This document shows, one piece after another, positions 1-9,835 of a DNA stretch of 20,193 nucleotides (the stretch's first letter is position 1; every line of letters begins with the position of its first letter). Position numbers and translations under genes: made by a program. Origin of the DNA: Azolla caroliniana (lineage: Eukaryota; Plantae; Polypodiophyta); contig JBHGNT010000576.1 in NCBI GenBank assembly GCA_043228905.1, positions 1 through 20,193 of the forward strand, read 5' to 3'. Under the pieces are notes generated by a model. The model ran no database searches. It saw only the letters and a program-made list of their open reading frames with translations, and was not told the origin of the DNA.

Positions 1-133
1 ATCAGAAAAACTCAAGCAATGAGGGCATATAATTAAATATTTGAAACATTAATAGCCACAGTAAAGAACTTTGCTCAGCTATTTAAGAAATTGACGGTGT
101 TGCTTTTAATGATTAATAAAGAGAAGCAGTAAC

Positions 134-229
134 CTCTGCAGCAACTGCTTCGGCCACTCTCATGGTCTTTGGATGTGCTGCTATCTCATCTAGAAATGAG
201 ACAGATTCTGTCTCACAAAATTTGACCAT
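134..229 (-). CDS. NDX: NDX exon 8 (MVKFCETESVSFLDEIAAHPKTMRVAEAVAAE)
   Basis: Acceptor TTTTAG|, donor GAG|GTTACT, 96 nt. ESVSFLDE motif. Confidence 0.9.
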
Positions 230-3200
230 CTAAAATAATTAAAAACAGAAGCTTTCAAAATTTGTCTGCAATTTCAAGCACATGTAGTGGAACCAGTCCA
301 TCAATATTACGATATATAAATATGTGAGAAATAAATCTTACATCCACAATAAATTCTCACCAAAGCTAGAACTTTTGACTTGATTCTGGAGATAAGTGAT
401 ACAAGATACTTCGATTCAGTGAGCAATATTGGCAACTGTAATTTCAAGGCAACTAATGCTAGACGTAGGAGTCCCCCATGCTTGCACAATTCCTGAATAG
501 ATAGAATAGTTCAATGTTAACATCATCCAAGGTGTTGATTTTAAAAAATCATTACCTACTATGCCAGTCAAATTTGCGTATGATAACCCTTGGACAAAAA
601 CATACAACTTTGCGCAAGCCAAAAGAGATTCATATTAACAGAAGCCACAAAAGTATTTCAGTTAAGGCCCCAGCAGCCCCCAGCAGGTGAACCATAGGAG
701 GTAGCCCAAGGAGCTTGATTTCACTACCAATCAAACTCAGTCATTCCTGGCTCAGGGAATACCTTCAGCATTTTGGGAAAGCTCAGAAATACCTATATGT
801 TCGTAATATTGGGTTTTGTTTTGTAGCAAAAATAATGTGTGTAAATGTTGTTTACGCATACCATGTGTGCAAGCACTCGATCGCGGAAAGCAATTGGTTG
901 ACTGAGAGACTGTAAGACCTGCACAGAAGCTTCACATTGCTGTGCTATTACTTGGGCCATGCTTTCTGCTACAGCTATAGTCACTTTGTTTGCCATCAGT
1001 TTAGCATTTAATATACGGAGTTTGGAATGTAGAAGTCCAATTGCTCTCCTCACTGCATCAAATGCTACATCCATGAAGATGTCGACCTGCAAGATGCAAT
1101 TAAAAATAAAAAAGGAGTTCAGGAAAGGACGATCAACTCATATAACAATGTTCGGTCATTATAAACTTTGCCCCCTGAAGAACAGAAACAGACATTTACA
1201 AGTACATCTAATCTTCCCTTTTGAATACACAGAACAAAGGTGAACGGACAATCATTGTTCCCATCATATATACAGCATTATTACCAGAGCAGGCGATTCA
1301 TAACATAACCAAAGAACGAACTTCCATAACTTGTTGATAGGAGATGAGAAGGAAATTGAGGAAGAAGGGAAAGAAGAAAAGGGAAACTTTTGATGGTTCA
1401 ATCTTTCTAGCAGTTGAAACATAGTTTATTACATCATTATACATCCTAAATATTACACCGAGACAGTTTGTTAAAAGAATAACCTTTTTGACAAACTATA
1501 TGGAAAAGATTACATCTAACAAGGAAGAATGAAAGAAATATTAATGTCTTTTAAGAGGCTAAAATGGCCTATTAGACCAAACAAGACATTACATCTTAAG
1601 TGTAGTCTCGTCTTTGAGAACAACAAACCAAAATAAATGCTACTAAGTAAATAAAATAAAAAGTGACTAAAGAATCTTGTTATCAGTACATTCAAGATTC
1701 TCATGTCAGATATATTGCAATTTTTGTTTTCGAAAGATCTCTAGCATATGTCGACCCAAACTGGAGAGGTCTCTGAAGAAAGGGAAGCAATTAAGATGGC
1801 AGGAGATAATGGCCTTAATCTGTCAATGAGGAGGATGGTGAGATAGTGGTTGATGAGGCTGGGTCTACATGCATAGAAAATTGCGATTGCTCAATCTATT
1901 ATAACCCCTTTGCTATGTCATGGTCAGGAGGCCATTTGTGTAGCCCTTCATTGCGTTGTAACATGAGTGGGAGTGATGGGGTAAAGAAAGTTGTGATTGT
2001 TCTTTGTTGATAAGCTTGTGTGGTTGTATTGTTGTCCCTCAACAACTTTTCCATGTGTCTCTTGAGTTCTAGCAAGACACCAAGAACAGTTGGTCCTCAT
2101 ATTCCATTACCTTGCCTAGTGGGTCAAAGCCTTGCTTAAAGAAGAAAGAAAGAAATATTGATGTCTTTTAAGAGGCCAAAATGGCCTATAAGACCAAACA
2201 AGAGATTGCATCTTAAGCATTGTCTCATCTTTGAGAACAACAAATCAAAATAAAATAAATATTACTCCGTAAATAAGATAAAAAGAGATGAGGGAATCTG
2301 GTTTTTGGCACACGTGAGATTCTCAAGTTAGGTATACTGTAGCTTTTGTCTTCGAAAGATCTCTGGCATAGGTCGATCCAGAATAGAAAGGGGCAAAGGT
2401 ATCTTCCTCTTATTTCATAAATAATGCTACAATTCCACTCCCTGATGACATCATTGGCAAACTCTTCCTTCTAGAGGTATCTGTGCATATCTGTCTTCCT
2501 CAATCTCTAATTGATGTGATGAAGTTTGCAACCACCCTATCACATTGCACATTGCATAGATAGATGTATGTCCATATAAGATGGTCTGATGATGAATCCA
2601 TCCTTTGACGTGTGTACCAAGTGATATTTTGGGGTTTATCCATGTTATTTGTTTTCCAAGTCAATAATATCAGTTCTGATCACTCTATTTTTTTCCACTT
2701 TGGTCATGTTTAGATGGGGACAATCAAGGCTATATTGGAACAGGGGTAGTGCATGTACATTTATGGCATGTGGCTCAAACAGTTGTTGAATTGCAGCATA
2801 CTAACAATGAATATCTCCATGTTCAAGAAGTTGTTTTGATGACATAAGTGCTAACATTGAATACCTCTGTTTAGGGAGCTCCCAAAGCCGTTGAATACAG
2901 ATTACTGATCGGAATAATGCCTCGATGGTTATAGGGCTGCTCTCGTATCCCCCTGGATTATATCATGGGACACCGATGCTTTGCTCCTTATCATGCGGGC
3001 AATTATTGAGACTGTAAATTTTTCTAACTATTTTATTTGTTAAGACTCAGGTTCCCACGTTTCTACTCAGTAGAAAAGAGTTGGTGTGACAAGTGTATCA
3101 AATAGCCACCATTTAGTTTGTGGCTCTTGGAACTGCAAATGTGCACATTATCTTTCAAGAGCACCAAGGGCTGCATATCCGCAAGAAACTCGCTGCATAT

Positions 3201-6200
3201 CCGCAAGAAACTCAACCACAAGCAGCCTGCCATAAGGAGAACCTAAGCCCTGAGAATGTTATTCCTAGGTATGAGTAGGAGTGTGTGTATGCTACCTTTT
3301 CCTCTTCCAAGAAGAATCCAGGTTCTGATCTTGTTACCATGCTTGAGTGGTGTTAAACACCATCGACAAACCCCATACAAAATACTTTTAAGGCGTTTAG
3401 ATGTCTTTGTGGTCCATTCAGAGAGTTGGAGATCAGCATAATAACATTGTCATACAGTAATAATTGTATGTCTAAACCTGCTAGGCATGCTCCCAAATTC
3501 CCGAATCTCTCTATGTAATATGATACCTCATCTATATAGAGACCGAAGAGAATGGGTGATAGTATGCAACGAACCTAAATAACTAGGTGTGGATGAGTTC
3601 TTATTTAGTAGTATCTGAAAAGTCTGAGGAGACATAGCATTCAACCTTATTGTTAAGTTCATGTTCCTAAGATGACATTGTTATAGAAATCTAGCAAACC
3701 TAGATTAAGCTTTTCTATATTTGCATTCAAACATAACCCTAATTTAGTTAATTAAAGAATTTAACAAATTCATTTGACATATTGTTAATAGTTCATGGAC
3801 TTGTTCTTTAATGAGAACAATCAGCACATTGTGAATGAAATATCCCAGACTTGTGTGCCTTAACTCTACTATATACGTCTCGTATTCTGGAAACCAACCT
3901 GGTTCTCGTTACAAAGCAGAATGTCCAAGTTACTACTTGAGTACAGCCTCTGTAATCATGTCTTTTTGTCATGTTCTTGATTGCAAATATGGACAATCTC
4001 AGCCAAACAGCATATAATTGCAAACCAATTGAAAAAAAAAAAACACCAATAATATTATCAGTGTACTGAAAAATATTACCTTAGGGTGTGCCAAAAGTAC
4101 AGGCACAATCTCTACCCACTCTGCCGCTACAAATGCAGGAAGTAGATGAAGCGAGCAAGCAACAAGGGATGTATGCAGCATTATGGTAGAATTTCTAACT
4201 CTATTACCCTGGATGCATTACAACAAACAACTTGAGTAGTGCTATTTATAGCTTAAAAACTCAGCACAGCATACAACCATGATTATATGCACCTGCTGTG
4301 GGCCTGCTAGAGTTATAAGTGTGTACACAGTAAGATCAATAATTTGCTGCCTTATCATAACATCCTGAAGAAATATCTGCAAGACACCAAATATGCTTTC
4401 AGAAGTCAGCAATGTAAATTTTTGCATCACCGTCAATTCTCCAAGTGAGATATTCTCAATTGGTAGTTGAGCTGTAAAAGATAAACTAGATTCAAGCCTT
4501 TCCTCCATTAGTAGTTAGATATCTGTAAAATAGAGTAATAATATGAAAGAGAAATAAAAATTGTATGGTTAAAAAAATTTGTACTGCATTGTTAGAATAA
4601 GAGGTAAAATTTGATAGTATTTTACTATTCAACTGTTAATGAAATAAATAAAACTGTGTTTTAGCATAGGTGCACACAAATATAATGCTGTTCTGGAATA
4701 TGAACTCTTATGGAAGTCCAGAGAATAATTTCAGATATCTCAGTGAGAACTTTGACTCTAAATGATGGGTGGATATAAGAGTTTATGGTCTACATGCAAA
4801 GTAGAAATAAAATTCAGGAAAGTTGTACACAACATTTCTCTATGACTATTTGGCCAAGGTTATGAATTCTTCGACATGCAATGAATAAGCATAGTATATC
4901 TTGCATGCGTTGAAGTTCATTTGGCCCAAAGTACTGTTCGACAAGGCAATGGCATCTTCTCCTTATCGCATAGTAGATTGTGAAATGAAAACATAATACT
5001 CCTCTAATTTCAGGTCTGTGTTAGCCTGTGTAAACAGTGTAAATCTGAGGTGCAGTATTGTATTGCTGTTAATTCATGAGTCTACTCCCCACTAAGCTTG
5101 CTCGGTTCACGCAGTTCATACAGAAGAAATCCATCAGTAAGAGACAAGAGCAGAGACTTCCCAGGTAGAAGGTTGCTCATACTGCCATAACACCCTTCTA
5201 GGCAGCATCAATGGCAGGAAAACCTCAGGTAATATAGATCAAGTAAACCTTAGGGTATCCTAGTGGGTTCTGTCTGTATGTTGTAGTTTACAGAATAAGG
5301 AGATTCGAATAGTCACCATTTCGGCAGATTATGATAAATACATAACTGAAACCCATGGTGATCTAGACAAGAGCCATCAACAACATTGCCATTACATATT
5401 TTATTGTGTGATATAGTCACGAAAAGGTGTTTGATGATACATTCACAGTTCTATTTTGTGCTAGCCATAGCATGCGTGAATAATTTATAACAAGCTAAAA
5501 GAAACTGTTACTGAGATTACCTGATCGAGCTTAGGGTGGCGGAGAGAAAGGTCGCTGAGAGAATGAAGAAGGCGGACACCACGTAATAAGTAGCGCAATC
5601 TACATTCAGATGCTCTCATAGCCACACAAGCCAATAAATGCAAAGGAAGGCCTACAACCAGTTGTTGCAAATCGACCTATTTTTCAAGCATGACTTATAT
5701 GTGAGGACTCAAACTAAAAACTACATTTGAGAATAAAAGTCAGAAAGAACTTCAATCTGATTTCTCACTCTAACAAAAATGCCTCGACCAGTTCTCAGTC
5801 GTAAAGTTAACAACCGTGGTGAGTCTTTTAATAGCTTATAGATTTCTTTTGCACTCAAATCATGAAGTTCTTCAACAGCTCCAAAAATATCAATAACCTG
5901 CCATGATAATTGTTTCATCAGAAAGATTCTGTAAGCACAACATGCATTACCAAGTTACATTTTTGAAAGTTTAAAAATGTAGATCTTTGGATGCCTACAG
6001 GGGAAGTTGAACAAACATAAAATTGTAAATCAAATTGAAGAGAATGGATAAACAACGAAACCCAAATGATGGGGGCAATGATTAATCCCTTCCTTTCTGG
6101 ATCGACCTATGCTAGAGATCTTTCGAAAACAAAAGTTACAATACATCTAACTTGAGAATCTCACATGTGCTGAAAACCAGTTTCCCTCGTCTTTTTTTAT

Positions 6201-7625
6201 CTTATTTACTTTTATATTTACGGAATAAAATTAATTTTATTTTGATTTGTTGTTCTCAAAGACGAGACAATACTTAAGATGTAATCTCCTGTTTGGTCTT
6301 ATAGGCCATTTTGGCCTCTTAAAAGACGTTAATATATCTTTCTTTCCATTCTTTTTGTATGTTTTTCATTTTCATATAGGGGATGTCAGCCAATATAACA
6401 GTATACCTTCTGCAATAAGTGGATGATAAAATGCAAATTTCATTCTACTTAAGACCTTATGAATGAGTCAATTATCCTTTTTGGGGGGTACAACCACAAA
6501 AGGCATGTCAAATCATATTGTGAATGGGTATTACACATTTACTTATCTTAAATCTACCTATGCTTTCTCCTCAACCTGACAAAGGCATCTATATCAATGT
6601 AGAGTCATATATAGATCTCAAATGAGGCAACCATAATACCAAAGTTTATAATACAGTTCCTTAATGAAATATGCTACAGAATGCATTGACATGGGGATGC
6701 ATCCAGATCTATTCAGACAATTTGTAACTCCACCTCCTGAAATATGGCATTTTCCCCTGTGTCAATAATTTACATATATGGGAAATGATCTATTGATCAC
6801 ATTCAACTGGATATGAACCTCCTACAATCTAGCTAGCTACACAATATGCTTATGCATACACAAATAGATATATCTGACGTTTTCATACATAATCATATGC
6901 TTTACCTTCATCCCAAAGAAATATCAAGTTTCTACATTCACTTAAAACGTCCTTATAGATTATAAAAACATCAAAATAGCCTCAATTTTGCTACAACATA
7001 AAGAACCCAACCTACTGAAGATATTTAATATACTGACCACATTAAATCGGCATGGAATCTTCTACTCTTGCGTATACATACAGAAATTATTATTCATATT
7101 TTTTCCTTTCATAAAAAAGGAAAACATGTTTCTACAGTTTCTTGAAATACCACTATAGCTAATTAGAATATAAAGAAAGATAACAATTTGTTACCACATG
7201 AAGAAATCTAAATGTAAAGATCTGCCTATTGATCACATTCAATTGAGATTTTCTGCCTAGCAATAGGATAGGCATAAGCATTGCATAAATATATATACAC
7301 ACATTATTAATTCACACATAATGACATTAGAAAAAAGCATGTTTCTATAGTCAGTTAACATATCCCTAGAAAAGATGAAAGTATGTAAGATTCCCCCAAT
7401 TTACTGCAACATGTAAGAATCCAATGATGGGATCATCTGCAGATAGACTAGTACAAAAGATCCGATTACTTAATAGACAGATCGCAATCTGACAGTTAAC
7501 ATAAGACTGAAAATAAATTAAATGAAACGAAAAAGGAAAAAGGAAAAAGAGAAAGAGAAAGTCTTTTTTCTCGTTGTTCATATAGATAGACTGACCTTGC
7601 AGAGAGAATCTTTCTCGTAGCTCAT
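134..7625 (-). CDS. NDX: NODULIN HOMEOBOX (NDX) gene, 5' part. Spliced CDS: complement join(7596..7625, 5769..5897, 5521..5676, 4293..4376, 4080..4208, 862..1086, 361..492, 134..229). Continues beyond the left edge.
   Basis: Eight exons with GT-AG boundaries join in frame (981 nt, 327 aa, no stops). The peptide follows the remembered Arabidopsis NDX N-terminal domain in order: AVEELHDLSAKEIYKLLKDS, LPLHLLA..RYLLRGVRLLHSLSDL..HPKLDQ, LVACSLHL..VLLAHPK|VDIFMDVAFDAV, QQCEASVQVLQSL, ELCKHGGLLRLA, SRIKSKVL, CETESVSFLDE. The homeodomain is not in the window. Confidence 0.93.
361..492 (-). CDS. NDX: NDX exon 7 (ELCKHGGLLRLA...KSKVLAL)
   Basis: Acceptor ATTCAG|, donor TTG|GTGAGA, 132 nt. Confidence 0.92.
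862..1086 (-). CDS. NDX: NDX exon 6 (VDIFMDVAFDAV...DRVLAHM)
   Basis: Acceptor TTGCAG|, donor ATG|GTATGC, 225 nt. Confidence 0.92.
2138..2386 (-). mobile_element. ~250-bp LINE 3'-end copy nested in the older LINE, same orientation
   Basis: Reverse complement runs TTCTGGATCGACCTATGC...CCTCTTAAAAGACATCAATATTTCTTTCTTTCTT and splits the host element between EIRGRYxC and FKQGF. Confidence 0.88.
3170..3213. repeat. Perfect 22-bp tandem duplication inside the LINE
   Basis: GCTGCATATCCGCAAGAAACTC occurs twice (3170-3191, 3192-3213). Confidence 0.95.
4080..4208 (-). CDS. NDX: NDX exon 5 (GNRVRNSTIMLHTSLVACSLHLL...VLLAHPK)
   Basis: Acceptor ATCCAG|, donor AAG|GTAATA, 129 nt. Confidence 0.9.
4293..4376 (-). 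CDS. NDX: NDX exon 4 (IFLQDVMIRQQIIDL...AGPQQ)
   Basis: Acceptor TTGCAG|, donor CAG|GTGCAT, 84 nt. Confidence 0.88.
5521..5676 (-). CDS. NDX: NDX exon 3 (VDLQQLVVGLPLHLL...HPKLDQ)
   Basis: Acceptor AAATAG|, donor CAG|GTAATC, 156 nt. Confidence 0.92.
5769..5897 (-). CDS. NDX: NDX exon 2 (VIDIFGAVEELHDL...GRGIFVR)
   Basis: Acceptor TGGCAG|, donor AGA|GTGAGA, 129 nt. Confidence 0.88.
6095..6346 (+). mobile_element. ~250-bp LINE 3'-end copy in NDX intron 1
   Basis: Closely matches 19738-19990 from TTCTGGATCGACCTATGCTAGAGATCTTTCG to TTAATATATCTTTCTTTC. Confidence 0.9.
7596..7625 (-). CDS. NDX: NDX exon 1 (MSYEKDSLCK)
   Basis: ATG at 7625-7623, in-frame TAA 15 nt upstream, donor AAG|GTCAGT, phase 0 matching exon 2. 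Short and not homology-supported. Confidence 0.65.
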
Positions 7626-9671
7626 AGCTTCTGTACTGATTTACAAGCTTTCCTGGCTATGGAGAATGGGAAAGGACAACTGAACTGTTCTTTAGAGAAG
7701 GGATTCTTGGGTTTCCGTCGGTTTCCGTCGTCTACTTCGTCAGCTGCTGCTGCTGCTTTTCTGTCTTTTCTTCTGTTCTTTGTTTTTCGCTTATGAGATG
7801 GTGTATTTGGGTGGTAGGGTGGTTACTTCTGCTTAGTGGTGATGGTGGTGAAGGTCAAGATCAAAGGGTGTAAAAACTGTTAAAATAAAATTAAAAAAAG
7901 AGCTCTTCCAAAGAAAGGAGTCCTAAATTCTCTACTATGGACTAGTCTAGTCGAGGTCCAGGTCCTAGTCTGCTCTGCTCTGCTCTGGGATTCACAATCA
8001 CTCGGGTCTTGACACAAGCATGCATTCATACCGGCTTTAGCAGCGTTCAACCCCTCTTCCTCCCAGAACAACAAACCCAAGTTGATGGTGTATGCCAATT
8101 TCTATTTGTTTAGGGCACCTCAACGGGGGGGGTAGGTCAATTGCATTGTCTAGTTTCCTGGTGCAAATTGGACTCTCACTAATGTGGATTTGTGGAAGAG
8201 AGCTACCAGGGCTTGGCTCAACTTGTGCTTTCATATTAATGAAGTGGAAATTTGATTCCAGTTTGTCATAATTACACTTTGTTGAGCTTAGGTGCACTAG
8301 TTTGAGTCAAGGTTTCCCCTTTGGTTTTCAATTAGGACATTCTATGCGAGCAACATAAGGGTTTTGTTTGACTGAACTTTGCTCACGTTAGTATATGGAA
8401 ATCAACTTGCTTTGTCTACCGCAAATGAACTCCTTGGGGTTAGTAAACACCTCTCTTAACTGTAAAACAAACAATTGACATTATGAAGTGATTTATCCTG
8501 AGGGGATTGATGCTTGCATAATAGATGTTTGTGTGTACAAGATGCCCTTCATAATCTCAAATGGATGAACACTTTTTTATTATTTTGTTTTAGTTGAAGT
8601 TGAAACAAGTTATCACGCACTGCTTTGTTTATTAACTTAGTTGTTCATCGCCTTTTGTTTTTGTTGCCGCGAGTTTCGATTATGTTCTTTAGTCCACTTT
8701 AACAAAGAAATTCCCGACCTCCATGCCTTGCAAAATAGATACCCAAGTTTAGATGAGTTAACATTATCCCAAGATCTGTTTACATTCCACCTCACTCCAA
8801 AGGAGGGCAAATGTACTTTTGAGTGATGATCTACCTCGAATGCCCTTGCGTGATTGTGCACACAACACACTTAAACAGAACACGATTATAATAGGGAGGC
8901 AAAGTGAATGTTTGTGGCTTAGTGTACCTAGATAACTACACATCGATTACACCGCAGACACGATTATGCAAAGATACAAGGAAAGGAGGTAGTTCATTGC
9001 TTGAAATAGAACAATGATAAATTGTTATAAGCTATATATTATATGTTATGGATGTCTCTGTTATAAATGCACCCTAGGGGTGAGTTATATAGGTCACTAT
9101 CATGCTCAACGTCAAGTACTTAATCGTTGGTCTCTATAAAACTGAATTAGTCCTGTGATCATCTTAAGGTATATTTAAATTTCCTTTTATACAATCTGGT
9201 CTTTCGATAGTTTCATAGTTGTTGGACAACCGAAAACCGCTATTATTTTCAAAAGTGAATTTGTCAAAAAGAAAAAACATTTTTTAGAAGAAAAACGAGA
9301 ATTGTTGTTGTGATGATCTTGATTCTCAATGTACAAAGTAAAACATCAATGCTTTCGAAACTCGTAATCATAATTAGTACAAGACATGTGCCAAAGCACA
9401 ATGTCAATGAATTGTTTTATCAATTTATCGTTGATGGTGGAGAGGTTGTGCTATTCTTTTGAAGATTGTATTCGACATAAAATCTCATCATATTTTAGGT
9501 TAATAACATACACATTACCAATTTTACTCCCAACATAATGGCGTTACAACTTTGAAGTTGCCCCATTTTCCATAATACAAAGAGCAAAAGCAATACCACT
9601 ACTTTTTTAAATATGTAAACTCAATTACATGTGTGTTAGTATTATTTTCTTATTCCTCCAGGTACAATAGT

Positions 9672-9835
9672 GGAAATGTGGGTAGTTGGTTGACCTTATT
9701 GATAGCATGTACATGCTTTGGCAATATAGATAGGGGGAAATTATGCTCGAATGAAGTTATGAAATTGGATCTTGATACAATAGTAGGATATGCATTGATG
9801 TCAAGCATGTATGCTGAAAGTCACATAGTGGAGGC
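9672..9835 (+). pseudogene. Fragment of a PLS-class PPR gene (E-type motif)
   Basis: SWLTLLIACTCFGNIDRGKLCSNEVMKLDLDTIVGYALMSSMYAE fits the E-domain pattern W-x2-LL-x-AC-x3-GN...P..Y-x-L-x-S-N-x-YA. No flanking PPR repeats are seen, and there is an apparent frameshift at the following (M)W. Confidence 0.7.

Larger units (their letters stand above)
1520..3570 (-). mobile_element. Decayed, 5'-truncated non-LTR retrotransposon (LINE, RTE/RTEX-like) in NDX intron 5
   Basis: Minus-strand translation gives RT remnants LSPILFGLYIDE (~3530-3563), LLLYDNVIMLIS (decayed YADD, ~3436-3467), YSYLGITFSG and TKWWLFDTLVTPTL. These are followed by C-terminal remnants and the same 3' UTR and TTTC tail as 19045-19994. 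Many stops and frameshifts. The clade label is tentative. Confidence 0.88.

Noticed and set aside
715-1243. Plus-strand ORFs 715-915 and 959-1243 (likewise 14117-14305 and 15264-15485)
   Set aside because: Antisense shadows of real minus-strand exons.
3696-3742. Telobox-like AAACCTAG / TAACCCTAA motifs
   Set aside because: Isolated, imperfect and intronic. Expected by chance in AT-rich DNA.
7710-7757. GGTTTCCGTC x2 and a (GCT)5 run in the presumed NDX 5' UTR
   Set aside because: Ordinary low-complexity UTR microrepeats with no evidence of function.
7880-9100. Short ORFs upstream of NDX (7880-8098, 8037-8297, 8637-8870)
   Set aside because: No recognisable homology or splice-consistent structure. 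Probably promoter or intergenic sequence.
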